A stretch of DNA of 64,000 bases from an uncultured Holophagales bacterium (GCA_963842525.1 CAWJGT010000020.1:64001-128000); one strand, 5' to 3'. Numbered from the stretch's first letter, positions 30,510-40,201 are shown. Made by a program: numbers and translations. The notes: generated by a model not told the origin, from the sequence alone.

Positions 30510-30945
30510 TTATGCCAAAAGCCGTGGCGCTGGCTCTCCGCCACCTGTCTTTGCCGCTCTGCCATGAACGCAGGGCCAGAGGCTTTAGCCGTAGCTTCAC
30601 TGCCATAGATCTTTGGGCCAAAGACCATGGCGGAGAGCCAGAGGTTTTAGTCACAGCTTCACTGCCACGTGTCTTTGCGCCAAAGACCGTGGCGCTGGCT
30701 CTCCGCCACCTGTCTTTGCCGCTCTGCCATGAACGCAGGGCCAGAGGCTTTAGCCGTAGCTTCACTGCCATAGATCTTTGGGCCAAAGACCATGGCGGAG
30801 AGCCAGAGGCTTTAGTCACAGCTTCAATGCCACGTGTCTTTGCGCCAAAGACCGTGGCGCTGGCTCTCCGCCACCTGTCTTTGCCGCTCCGCCATGAACG
30901 CAGCGGCAGAGGCTTTAGCCGCAGCTTCACTGCCACATTTCTTTG
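30510..30945. repeat. 165-bp tandem repeat (~2.6 copies) with internal inverted repeats
   Basis: ccgtggcgctggctctccgccacctgtctttgccgctc recurs at 30522, 30687 and 30852; internal tggctctccgcca/tggcggagagcca and ctttg(g/c)gccaaag palindromes. Confidence 0.9.
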
Positions 30946-31307
30946 CATGAAAGGATAGCGAGCTCCAGGATGGACGTTGCGGGCCGCGAGGATCTTGCCG
31001 TCGTCCGCTGCCGCTGCCGGTTCTCCCTCTCCCGGTCGGTGGGGGGCAATAGGAGAGAGAGCCAGGGGGCGTGCATGAGGTCCACCGCGGATCAACCAAG
31101 GGTCTCCTGGCAGTCGACCGGTCCGTTCTCTCACTTGCCGCAGTCAGAGCGGGCGACCCAAATGGCGGTGTTTCGGGGATGTGGAGCGTCGGGTGCAGGG
31201 CGGGACGGTACTTCAAGGGCGGGATCATCGCGGTCTTCTTCCGAGAGAAGCACGAGCGTCCGCTTCCGCCGAGAATCCTCTGGCACCTCAAAGGCCGGAA
31301 AGTCACC

Positions 31308-31424
31308 CCCTGGGACCGCGGGCGTCCCGCCCGCACAGGCTCCCAGCGACCGTTGTGTTGCCGGAAAGCCTGTGGCGGCCCCAAAGCCCGTGGAGGGCGG
31401 GCGAGACGCCCCGCGATCCCAGGG
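31308..31424. repeat. REP/REPIN-like inverted pair
   Basis: ccctgggaccgcgggcgtcccgcccgc ... gcgggcgagacgccccgcgatcccaggg; related pair at 34048-34213. Confidence 0.65.
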
Positions 31425-31611
31425 AAAAACAAGCTAGCTCATGCGCCCGGGGTGCCTTTCTGCTCCAGGAGCGCCTCCAGGTTCTGCAACGAGTGCCAGG
31501 CGATTCTCTGGCGATTCTCTGGATCTGTGGGGCCGACCGGGCAACCGGCCGGGTCTACCCGATTCTCCGGCGGCGTATTGCAGTGAAGTACGCCGCCGCG
31601 GTAAACCCGGA

Positions 31612-33189
31612 TTAGCGATAATTCTGATAGGATGGGAGTCTCGTCCAACGCGCCAGTCTGAGCTTGGGCAGGATCTGGGTCAACAGCTCCTCGATCTCGC
31701 GGGGCGGCTTCTCAAGCTGATTGGGATCTCTCGCCTTCACCCGGTCTCGATGGCGCTCGAGTTCGACCGCAGTCGCGAGAGCCGCATCCACCGCCTCCCT
31801 TTCCTCTTCGGGAACAAGGTCGGACAGCTCCTGGATCAACGCCTTGAACTGGTAAGAGCGGAGGGCTGGATAGAGGTCGGAGGGTTTGACGTCCGGGAAC
31901 CAGAGCACGTTTTGGTATGTCGTCGGCGTCTGCCACCCGATCTGCTGGTTTTCATCGAGGGCACGCTCGAACGTCGCCAGGCGTGACGCGATCTCGCGAT
32001 CGAGCGACTGGATCCTCGCGGTGTCGCCAGCGGCTTCGGCCGCTGGCGACCGCGCGACCGGCGTACTCTCTCCTCGCGAGAGCCGCGCCGCCCCGGTACC
32101 CTCTCTTTCCTCGCTCGTCGGGGAAGGTATCGCGCCGCTCGTTGCCCTGTCCTCCAGACCTTCGTCGCTCTCCTGCACGGGGGCGCTCGTGAGTTCGCGC
32201 ATTCCTTCTGCTCGATTCGAGGCGCCTCTTCCGCGCCAGGTCGGCGCGGTCACAAGCAGCAGAGTCAAGAGCGCCAAGACGATCCCCATCGCAAGTAGAG
32301 CCTGCCGAATCCGCCGCGGTCGTTCCCTTTCATGTCTCTCCTCGTCAGGCCTGGAGACGCTCCCCAGGACCTGCAAGAGCCGCACGAATTCCGGATAGGA
32401 CCGGCTCCCGCTCCAGCCGCTCAGGTCGATGCTCGGGGCGCCACCGAATTCCGGTGGCAAGGCTACAGGCTCCACCTTGACACCAACCAGCTTCCTCCGC
32501 CCTAATGCCCACTCAGCCTCGGCCCTGACCCAGTCGGACGCCAGTCCCCGGGGAGACCACAGGATCAGGACAGCTCCGGAAGATTCGAGGGCACGCTGGA
32601 TTGAACTCTCGAACGATTCACCGACTGGGATCGAAAAGTCCCACCAGACCGGCAAGCCGCTCCTCTCGAGCGCTTGGACGAGAGCTTCCGCCCTGGCTCG
32701 GTCGTCGCGGGCATATCCCAGGAAGATGGGGTCTGCCGACGGCTTTGTCTCGAGGGGGATCAGGTCCGACTCGGCAGGTCTCTCCTGCAGGGGCTCTGTT
32801 CCCAGGTGCCGCCGTAGAGCGTCGAGGAGCCGCTGCAACTCGCCGTGATCCGTACTCGCGCCGGCCCATGTGGACAGATCGGCGTACTGGACCAGCCTGA
32901 AGGAGATCGGGACATGGGCGGGGCGGATCATGGCCGGAAAGAGCTTCCGGTGCTCCATCCCGAAGTCCGCTTCTGTCCTGACCCAGCGAGACTCGACGGA
33001 GTACGGCGACCAGAGGGCCGTGATCGCCCTGGCGGCCGGGAGCTTCTCGTCGAGTACCTCGTCCCAGCTCTTGCCGATGGGAATAGCTCGATCCCAGAAG
33101 ACCTCCCATCCCTCCCGACTGAAGACCTCAACGAGTCTTTCGGCCGTCGCCCGATCTTCGTTCGCGTAGCTCAAGAAAATATCTGGCAT
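31612..33189 (-). CDS. Tandem TIR-TIR domain protein with TM helix and C-terminal domain of unknown function
   Basis: DIFLSYANED..VFWD..S..SVESRWVRTEA and IFLGYARDD..VWWD..SDWVRAEA; TM ALLAMGIVLALLTLLLVTA. Confidence 0.88.
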   Translation of the reverse strand: MPDIFLSYANEDRATAERLVEVFSREGWEVFWDRAIPIGKSWDEVLDEKLPAARAITALWSPYSVESRWVRTEADFGMEHRKLFPAMIRPAHVPISFRLVQYADLSTWAGASTDHGELQRLLDALRRHLGTEPLQERPAESDLIPLETKPSADPIFLGYARDDRARAEALVQALERSGLPVWWDFSIPVGESFESSIQRALESSGAVLILWSPRGLASDWVRAEAEWALGRRKLVGVKVEPVALPPEFGGAPSIDLSGWSGSRSYPEFVRLLQVLGSVSRPDEERHERERPRRIRQALLAMGIVLALLTLLLVTAPTWRGRGASNRAEGMRELTSAPVQESDEGLEDRATSGAIPSPTSEEREGTGAARLSRGESTPVARSPAAEAAGDTARIQSLDREIASRLATFERALDENQQIGWQTPTTYQNVLWFPDVKPSDLYPALRSYQFKALIQELSDLVPEEEREAVDAALATAVELERHRDRVKARDPNQLEKPPREIEELLTQILPKLRLARWTRLPSYQNYR

Positions 33190-33508
33190 ACGGGTTGCCG
33201 TTCGCGTATCTACCGGGCGCTGGCCACGCCCGGCGCGCCTGCTTTCCCGCGACATCCTCCCCTGTGGAGGTACAACCGCGGCAGTCGCCTGCCCCGAACG
33301 TCACTTGAGGAGAATCGTACACCCTCTCGACCATCAACCCTGCTACTTAGGGCTCGTCACGAAATAAGTGTCGCAGTTTCGGTCTTCCAAAGAAGCTCGC
33401 CAGCGATCCAGGAAGGTTCTCACCGCAGAGCCCGGTCTATCGTGTCATGCTGAACGGGAGTGTAGGATCTAGGGCGGGAAGCCGGCAGTCCTGCTGGTCC
33501 CGCGGACT

Positions 33509-34021
33509 GGTTCGACTCCCCGCGGTGGATGGAGCTGCTGCCGCGGTGGGCGTTGCCGCCGCCGCGGCAGCGGTTCGACTTCCCGCGGTGGCTGTAGCTG
33601 GTCCCGCGGTGGGCGTTGCCGCCGCCGCGGCAGCGGTTCGACTTCCCGCGGTGGCTGTAGCTGGTCCCGCGGCGGGCGTTGTCGCCGCCGCGGCAGCGGT
33701 TCGACTTCCCGCGGTGGCTGTAGCTGGTCCCGCGGTGGGCGTTGCCGCCGCCGCGGCAGCGGTTCGACTTCCCGCGGTGGCTGTAGCTGGTCCCGCGGCG
33801 GGCGTTGTCGCCGCCGCGGCAGCGGTTCGACTTCCCGCGGTGGCTGTAGCTGGTCCCGCGGTGGGCGTTGTCGCCGCCGCGGCAGCGGTTCGACTCCCCG
33901 CGGTGGCTGTAGCTGGTCCCGCGGCGGGCGTTGTCGCCGCCGCGGCAGCGGTTCGACTCCCTGCGGTGGCTGTAGCTGGTCCCGCGGTGGGCGTTGTCGC
34001 CGCCGCGGCAGCGGTTCGACT
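33509..34021. repeat. 63-bp tandem repeat (8 full copies), each of three 21-bp CCGCGG-cored subunits
   Basis: GGTTCGACT starts at 33509, 33572, 33635, 33698, 33761, 33824, 33887, 33950 and 34013. Confidence 0.95.
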
Positions 34022-34047
34022 CGCGCAAGGGCCGAGCCATCGCCCAC

Positions 34048-34213
34048 TGGGAGCGCCGGCGTCCCGCCGGCCCACAGTCCCCGCGGCTACGGCGACCGGC
34101 GATGGGCCTCCGCAGCCAGCCCGAACCCCCACCTCGCTTCCCGCCGTTCTTCCCAGAAGGCCGGGCTTTCGGCCCGCTGTCTTGATGATGCCGGCGAGAC
34201 GCTGGCGCTCCTA
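34048..34213. repeat. REP/REPIN-like inverted pair
   Basis: tgggagcgccggcgtcccgccggc ... gccggcgagacgctggcgctccta. Confidence 0.65.
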
Positions 34214-34310
34214 GCGTCGCGCCGTACCTTTGGTGCAGTCGTCAGACGGCGTTGACTTCCCGGGGCGAGAGAGCCCGCAGATGAGACACTTATTTCGTGA
34301 CGAGCCCTTA

Positions 34311-34412
34311 GTGCTCGGCACGAAACAAGTGTCTCAGACGCCAGTTTTTAGCGCTTTGTGGGGGTCTCGATCGAGAAATTCGGACATGAGACAGTTATTT
34401 TGTGCCGCGCAC
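34311..34412. mobile_element. 102-bp MITE of the same TIR family
   Basis: GTGCTCGGCACGAAACAAGTGTCTCA ... TGAGACAGTTATTTTGTGCCGCGCAC (22/26 complementary); TTA on both sides (34308-34310, 34413-34415). Confidence 0.75.
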
Positions 34413-34571
34413 TTAGCTATAGCTAGAAGCTTCCTTCGGGCCAACTCCTCTTCGATCCGATCGGCGTGCCTCAGAGATAGGTGCCTGTGGATGCTCGGAG
34501 CCTGCGGCCAGCCTGTACTTACTCACCTGGACCTCTGAGTGAGCCCTTTGCAGGAGCTACAATCCCCGCCC

Positions 34572-37259
34572 ATGGAGCTCCTCACCACCCACATCAACGC
34601 CGACTTCGACGCCGTTGCGGCGATGGTTGCGGCGTCGCGGCTCCATCCGGAGGCGGGCCTGTTCTTTCCGGGGTCGCGCGAGGAGTCGGTGCGCAGGATG
34701 CTGGAGAGCGGCTTGTTCGAGCTGCCGGAGCTGCAAGCGCAAGGACGTCGATCCCGGCGTCCTGACGCGCGTCATCCTCTGCGATGTCCGGCAGCGCGAC
34801 CGGATCGGCGTGGTGGCGGATTGGCTTGCGGAGAATCCGGGGATCGAGGTCTGGGCCTACGACCATCATCCGGATTCGGATGAGGACATCCCCTTCCGCG
34901 GCGGCATTGTGGACCCGGAGGCGGGGTCGACGTCGACTCTGCTGGTGGAGGAGATGCGGCGCCGCGACATCTCCTGTACGAGCACCGAGGCGAGCCTGCT
35001 GCTGATGGGGCTCTACGAGGACACGGGCTCGCTCACCCATGCGACCACGGGTCCGCGCGACTTCATGGCCGCTCTCTGGCTTCTGGAGCACGGCGGCGAC
35101 CTCGCCGCGGTCCGCCGCTTCGCGGCCCGCCCGCTCGATGCGCAGCACATCGACGTCCTCCACCGCATGATCCAGCGGCTGGAGGTCCACCGGCTCCGCG
35201 GCCACCGGGTCGGCCTGGTGGAGTTGGACCTGGGCGGCTACGTCGAAGAGCTGGCGCCGCTCGTCTCCCGCTGCCTGGAGACGTTCGAGCTGCCGCTGCT
35301 CTTCGCCCTGTTCGGCGAGGGGGAGGAGAACGATCGCGTGACCCTGATCGCCCGCGGCGAGCTTGAAGGGTTCGATCTCGGGCAGGCCCTGGCCGGCTTC
35401 GCGGAAGGGGGCGGAGGCCATGCCACGGCCGCCGCCGCGCGCCTGCGCGGACGGACCACGTTGGAGGTCCGCGAAGAGCTTCTCGAATATCTACGTCGCA
35501 CTTTGCCCCCCGCAGCCCGTGCCCGCGACCTCATGATCTCGCCGTTCTTCGAGCTTCCCGCGGGGACCGCGGTCGATGACGCCAAAGGCCGCCTCAATAC
35601 ATGGCGGGTCAACGCTTCTCCTGTGATCGAGCCCACCGGACAGGCCATCGGGACCGTCACGCGGCAGCTCCTCGACGCTTCGATCCAGCATGGGCTGGGA
35701 CAGCGGCCGGTCGAGACCGTGATGTCCCGCGACCTGGTGTGGGTCGACCCGGCCGCGCCGGCCGAGGAGGTGGGGGAGAGGATGCTCGCGCGCCATCCCC
35801 GGTTCGTGCTGGTCGGCGATCCCGCGTCGGGCCGTCCGATCGGGCTCGATCACCCGCATGCAGCTCCTGCGGCATCTGCACGGCCGCATGGCGACCTTCG
35901 AGGAGCGCCTCGACCGCCGGGCCGAGCAGCAGCGGGAAAAGCGGATGCGGGTCGCGGATCTCCTGGAGCAACGCCTGCCGCGAGCTCTTGAAGCGGCGGA
36001 TCGAGCGGATCGCCGCAGTCTCGCGCGAGACCGGCAGCCCCGTCTACCTGGTGGGTGGGCTGGTGCGCGACCTGCTGCTCGAGCGGGAGAACCGGGACCT
36101 CGACCTGGTGGTGGAGGGGGACGGCCTCGGCTTCGCCGCCCGGCTGGCCGAAGCCCTGGGGGGACGGGTGCGGGAGCACCAGGCCTTCCTCACCGCCGTG
36201 GTCGTCGACGCCGAGGGGTTCCATATCGACGTGGCCACGGCGCGCAGCGAGTTCTATCGCGCTCCGGCCGCGCTGCCGGAGGTGCAGATGTCGGCCCTCC
36301 GCCAGGACCTCTTCCGGCGCGACTTCACGATCAACACCCTGGCGATCCGGCTGGGGCCCGAGCCGGTCCCCGAGCTGATCGACTACTTCGGCGGCAGGAA
36401 CGATCTCAAGGAGAAGACCCTGCGGGTGCTGCACAGCCTGTCCTTCATCGACGACCCCACGCGCGTCCTGCGTGCCGTGCGGCTGGAGCTGCGGCTGGGC
36501 TTCCGCATCTCGGCGGAGACCCTCCGTCTGATCGAGGTGGCGCTCGCCGAAGGGGTCTTCGATCACCTTTCGGGCGGCCGGCTCCGCGAGGAGCTGCAGC
36601 TCCTGCTCGACGATCCGGCGCTCGCCTTGCGCGGGATCGAACGGCTGGGCGAGCTCGGCGTCCTGCGCGTCGTCCACCCGCGGCTCGAGATCGGCGACGC
36701 TGTCCGCGAACGGCTGCGCGTCCGCGCGGGCGGCCTACGACTGGTACCAGCTCGAAGGGCTCGACCGATCCCCCGGTCGTCTCCTGGCGCCTGCTCCTGA
36801 TGGCGCTGACGCGCGACTTCGAGAGCGCGGACCTCGAACGGGTGGCCGATCGACTCCTGCTGGCAGGAGAGGACCGCCGGCTCCTGACGACCTTCCCACA
36901 GCGCCTGGCCCGGGCGCACGCGGTCCTCGGCGCTGGGGAGACTTCGGAAACCGTTCCGCCTCACCGCGCCGCCGAGGTGCTGGAGCCGCTGCGCGGCGAG
37001 GAGCTGCCTGCTCCTGATGGCCGAGGGAGACGAGGCGGTCCGCGCCTGGGTGCGCCGCGACCTGACCGAGCTGCGCCGGCTGGAGCTGCGCATCCGCGGC
37101 GCCGACCTGATCGCCGCGGGCGTCGCGCCGGGACCGCGGATCGGCCGCGCCCTGGAGGCGACCCGGCGGGCCCGCCTCGACGGCCTCCTCGACGGACCCG
37201 AGGAGAGGCAGGCCGAGCTGGACTATGCTCTCTCCGTGGCAACGGAGACGACGGCGTGA
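34572..37259 (+). CDS. tRNA nucleotidyltransferase with DHH, DHHA1 and CBS domains (six apparent +1 frameshifts)
   Basis: THINADFDA, YDHH, GLYEDTGS, GGGHATAA, CBS pair, YLVGGLVRD..DLDLVV, DLFRRDFTIN and SFIDDPTR across successive frames; shifts near 34734, 35848, 35981, 36720, 36763 and 37007. Confidence 0.85.
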
Positions 37260-37897
37260 AGACCCTCCTCGTGATGACCCTGGTTGTCCTGACGTCCCCG
37301 GCTCTGGGTGCGCCGGCCGACCCCCGCTCCCTGGAGGTTCTGCGGTACGACTGCGCCAGCGAGCTCGGACGGCGGGAGGTGACCCTGTTCGGCAACGGCA
37401 CCATCCGCCTGCGCGAGGGTCCGCTGGGCAAGGAGCTGATGGGGCTGGCGGAGCTCAACCCGGACGAGCGGGAGGGCGCGGTGAACCGGCTGAAGGCCGA
37501 GGACCTGTCCGAGGCGAAGCAGCTGCCGAAAGGCCTCGAAGGGGCCTGGATCGAGAAGTGTATGCTGGCTCTCCAGCTTCCCGGCCAGCCGATTCAGGTG
37601 TTCCACTTCGGGCGCTATGACACCCTGCCGCTCGGGATCTCGCGGGTGGTCCAGGTCGCGCAGGACCTGGCCGCAAAGGTGCCGGCTCTTAAAGGGGACG
37701 AGGAGCTTCCGCACGACTACGAGCCGAAGGAGTGGGACGTGCTGAAGCGGGTCGACGGCTACCCCTACCGGGTCGTCGGCTTCACCTGGGACGGCCAGGG
37801 GATCGAGATGCTGGGGCTGGAGCAGCCGATCACGCTCTTCGTGCGCAAGGACCAGCTCCGCAACGAGTTCGTGGCCGTGCTGTCGAGAGGCCGGTGA
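37256..37897 (+). CDS. Hypothetical secreted protein
   Basis: GTGA overlap start; signal peptide VKTLLVMTLVVLTSPALGA; coding-like codon usage. Confidence 0.7.
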   Translation: MKTLLVMTLVVLTSPALGAPADPRSLEVLRYDCASELGRREVTLFGNGTIRLREGPLGKELMGLAELNPDEREGAVNRLKAEDLSEAKQLPKGLEGAWIEKCMLALQLPGQPIQVFHFGRYDTLPLGISRVVQVAQDLAAKVPALKGDEELPHDYEPKEWDVLKRVDGYPYRVVGFTWDGQGIEMLGLEQPITLFVRKDQLRNEFVAVLSRGR

Positions 37898-38451
37898 AGC
37901 CGGGGGTCCGGGTCACCGGGGGGGCGCACCGCGGGCGCGGCCTCGCCGTGCCTCCAGGGGCGCGGCCGACCGAGGGGAGGGTCCGCGAGGCGCTCTTCTC
38001 GATCTGGGGCGACCGCCTGGAAGGTGCGCGGGTCCTCGACCTCTTCGCCGGCAGCGGCATCGTCGGCCTGGAGGCCCTGAGCCGGGGCGCGCTCTCGGCC
38101 CTCTGCGTCGACGAGAGCCTGCGGGCGGTCCAGATGATGGAGCGCAACGCCGGGCTCCTCCAGGAGAAGGCCGCCGAAATCCGCCGCCTCACCCTGCCCG
38201 CCGGCCTGGCGCGTCTGGTCGCGGAAGGCGCCGGCCCGTTCGACCTCGTCTACATCGACCCCCCCTATAATTTCAATCTATATGACGAGCTGCTCGCCGC
38301 CCTGGCGCCACTCCTGACGAAGCACGCCGAGGTGGTCGTCGAGCACTCCTCGCGGCGGGACATGCCGATCCAGGCAGGACCGCTGGTCCGGGTGGATGCG
38401 CGACGGTATGGGGAAGGCTCGCTGAGCTTCTATCGCTGGGAGCCAAGGTAG
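37894..38451 (+). CDS. rsmD: 16S rRNA (guanine966-N2)-methyltransferase
   Basis: RPTEGRVREALFS, VLDLFAGSG..GLEALSRGA and DPPY motifs. Confidence 0.92.
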   Translation: MKPGVRVTGGAHRGRGLAVPPGARPTEGRVREALFSIWGDRLEGARVLDLFAGSGIVGLEALSRGALSALCVDESLRAVQMMERNAGLLQEKAAEIRRLTLPAGLARLVAEGAGPFDLVYIDPPYNFNLYDELLAALAPLLTKHAEVVVEHSSRRDMPIQAGPLVRVDARRYGEGSLSFYRWEPR

Positions 38452-38468
38452 GGGAGAATGGGGGGGCG

Positions 38469-40184
38469 ATGACACCTGAACGGCTCCGGCAGCTCCTTGG
38501 CGGCGAGTCCCTCGAAGTCGAGTACAAAAGCGAGCGGAGAGGGCCATTCAACGACCGGGATCTGGTCGAGGCAGTGGTCTGCCTGGCCAATCGGCCGGGA
38601 ACTGGAACCGGCTACCTCCTCCTCGGAGTGGAGGACGATCGCCAGGTGACCGGCGCCAGACCCCGGCACGAAAGCGGTCGGCGGACCGATCCTCTTCTCG
38701 TACAGACATTGATCGCTCACCGGACCAGCCCCTCCCTCATCTGCCGAGCCGAGGTGGTGCCGGTTGAAGAGCGCGAGGTTCTGGTCATTGAGGTACCGGT
38801 CTCAGCAGTGCCGGTCTGCACCACTGACGGAACCTATACGAGGCGAAGGCTCGATCGGCAGGGGCGGCCGGAATGTGTCGCCTTCTCTTATCACGACATG
38901 CAGACGCAGCGGGCCGACCGGGGTCTCCTCGACTACTCTGCCCAGGTTGTCCCCGAAGCGCGGTGGGAAGATCTCGATCCCCTGGAATTCGAGCGGTTTC
39001 GCCGTAACATCCGGGAGAGCGTAGGGGTCGGAGATCGCGCCCTCGATGAGTTGCCGGACTTGGAACTCGCCAAAGCTCTGGGGGCTGTGGAGGCGAACCA
39101 TGAAGTCCGAGCGATTCGGATCCTGGGTCTGTTGCTCTTCGGCACCCCTGAGGCGCTCGGCAAGTGGATCCGCCCCTATGAGGTTGCCTTTCAGGTGCTT
39201 TCCCCTCAGGTCGAGGTCAACGACTTCTTCCACTGGCCGTTGCTGCGGGTGATCGACGAAGTCCTCACCCGCTTTCGTGCCCGCAACCGGGAGGATGAGA
39301 TCTTCGCCGGATTCCAGCGAATCGGAGTTCCCAGCTACTCGGAAATCGCTTTCCGCGAGGCCGTGGCCAACGCCCTCATTCATCGAGATTACACACGCCT
39401 CGGCGCAGTCCACATTCAATGGTGGCCGGATCGGATCGAAATCTCAAACCCCGGAGGGTTTCCTGAAGGCGTCCGGCTCGACAACCTGCTCGACACTACA
39501 CCGCGGCCCCGGAACCCGCTCCTGGCAGACGCTTTCAAGCGAGCCGGAATCGTGGAGCGGACGGCCCGCGGCATTGACACGATCTTCTATGAGCAGCTTC
39601 GGAATGGACGGCCGGAGCCTGATTATGGGAGGACTTCCTCGACGAATGTCGTCCTCGTCCTCCCCGGAGGCGCCGCGGATCTGGCTTTCGTCCGCCGGGT
39701 CGTGGAGCGAGGCCTCGCCGGTGAGCGGCTGGGCCTGCCTTCGCTCCAAGCGTTCTGGCAGGAATGGCAAGGAGCCAAAGCTCAATCCTCGCCCGAGCGC
39801 CTCTTGGAGCCCACCGGTGAGGATGGGCTGATCATCATCTCCATTGGAGGCGAATCCATTCGGCCGACTGTCGAGGCATCCCTTGAAGAGTTGGGTCTTC
39901 ATCCAGCCCTCGTTCTCGTCGACTTCCACTCCACCGAATACGTGGCGCCGGAAAGGAGGGGATGGGAGGCGGAAGCACGGCAGATCCGGAATCTCGTCAA
40001 GAGCTTCGTTGAAGACCCCCGCGTCTCGCGCCTCCACCTCTTCTATCGCGGGCCCGTGGTCCTGGCCCCTTTGCTCGGGGCCTTGATTGCACCCGTCAAG
40101 CCTCTGATCGTCTATTATTACCAGGACGGCGGCTACCGGCCGGCGTACACCTTGAACAGGAGGTTCCTCATCTCCAGAGATTGA
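38469..40184 (+). CDS. Schlafen/AlbA_2 plus HATPase_c_4-type ATP-binding protein with a C-terminal SAVED-like lobe
   Basis: GESLEVEYKSE..VCLAN..GYLLLGVEDD (AlbA_2); REAVANALIHRDY..IEISNPGG..PRNPLLA (HATPase_c_4); C-terminal RLHLFYRGPVVLAPLLG..LIVYYYQDGGY resembles the SAVED C-terminal motif. Confidence 0.8.
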   Translation: MTPERLRQLLGGESLEVEYKSERRGPFNDRDLVEAVVCLANRPGTGTGYLLLGVEDDRQVTGARPRHESGRRTDPLLVQTLIAHRTSPSLICRAEVVPVEEREVLVIEVPVSAVPVCTTDGTYTRRRLDRQGRPECVAFSYHDMQTQRADRGLLDYSAQVVPEARWEDLDPLEFERFRRNIRESVGVGDRALDELPDLELAKALGAVEANHEVRAIRILGLLLFGTPEALGKWIRPYEVAFQVLSPQVEVNDFFHWPLLRVIDEVLTRFRARNREDEIFAGFQRIGVPSYSEIAFREAVANALIHRDYTRLGAVHIQWWPDRIEISNPGGFPEGVRLDNLLDTTPRPRNPLLADAFKRAGIVERTARGIDTIFYEQLRNGRPEPDYGRTSSTNVVLVLPGGAADLAFVRRVVERGLAGERLGLPSLQAFWQEWQGAKAQSSPERLLEPTGEDGLIIISIGGESIRPTVEASLEELGLHPALVLVDFHSTEYVAPERRGWEAEARQIRNLVKSFVEDPRVSRLHLFYRGPVVLAPLLGALIAPVKPLIVYYYQDGGYRPAYTLNRRFLISRD

Positions 40185-40201
40185 AGAGGTCAGGGATGGC
40201 T

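Larger units (their letters stand above)
33350..34307. mobile_element. Non-autonomous TIR element (958 bp) with 26-bp terminal inverted repeats and TTA flanks
   Basis: Left GGGCTCGTCACGAAATAAGTGTCGCA (33350-33375); right TGAGACACTTATTTCGTGACGAGCCC (34282-34307); 25/26 complementary; TTA at 33347-33349 and 34308-34310; no transposase inside. Confidence 0.8.

Noticed and set aside
30510-30945. CRISPR array or repeat-protein gene (ORFs 30464-30958 and 30337-31134)
   Set aside because: No unique spacers; the ORFs simply translate the DNA repeat, with atypical codon usage and no motif.
30960-31610. Short ORFs between the 165-bp repeat and the TIR gene
   Set aside because: Overlapping, motif-less and interrupted by a REP-like pair; at most gene remnants I cannot identify.
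33509-34021. CRISPR array
   Set aside because: Units repeat in full with no unique spacers, and no cas genes are in the window.
33420-34214. Ala-rich or Arg-rich proteins in four frames
   Set aside because: Open frames follow from a stop-poor repeat unit whose length is a multiple of three; no RBS or domain evidence.
34572-37259. True pseudogene or programmed frameshifting in the tRNA nucleotidyltransferase (likewise hemC and purA)
   Set aside because: No slippery sequences, no stops in the reconstructed frames, intact motifs and a uniform +1 pattern point to consensus errors.
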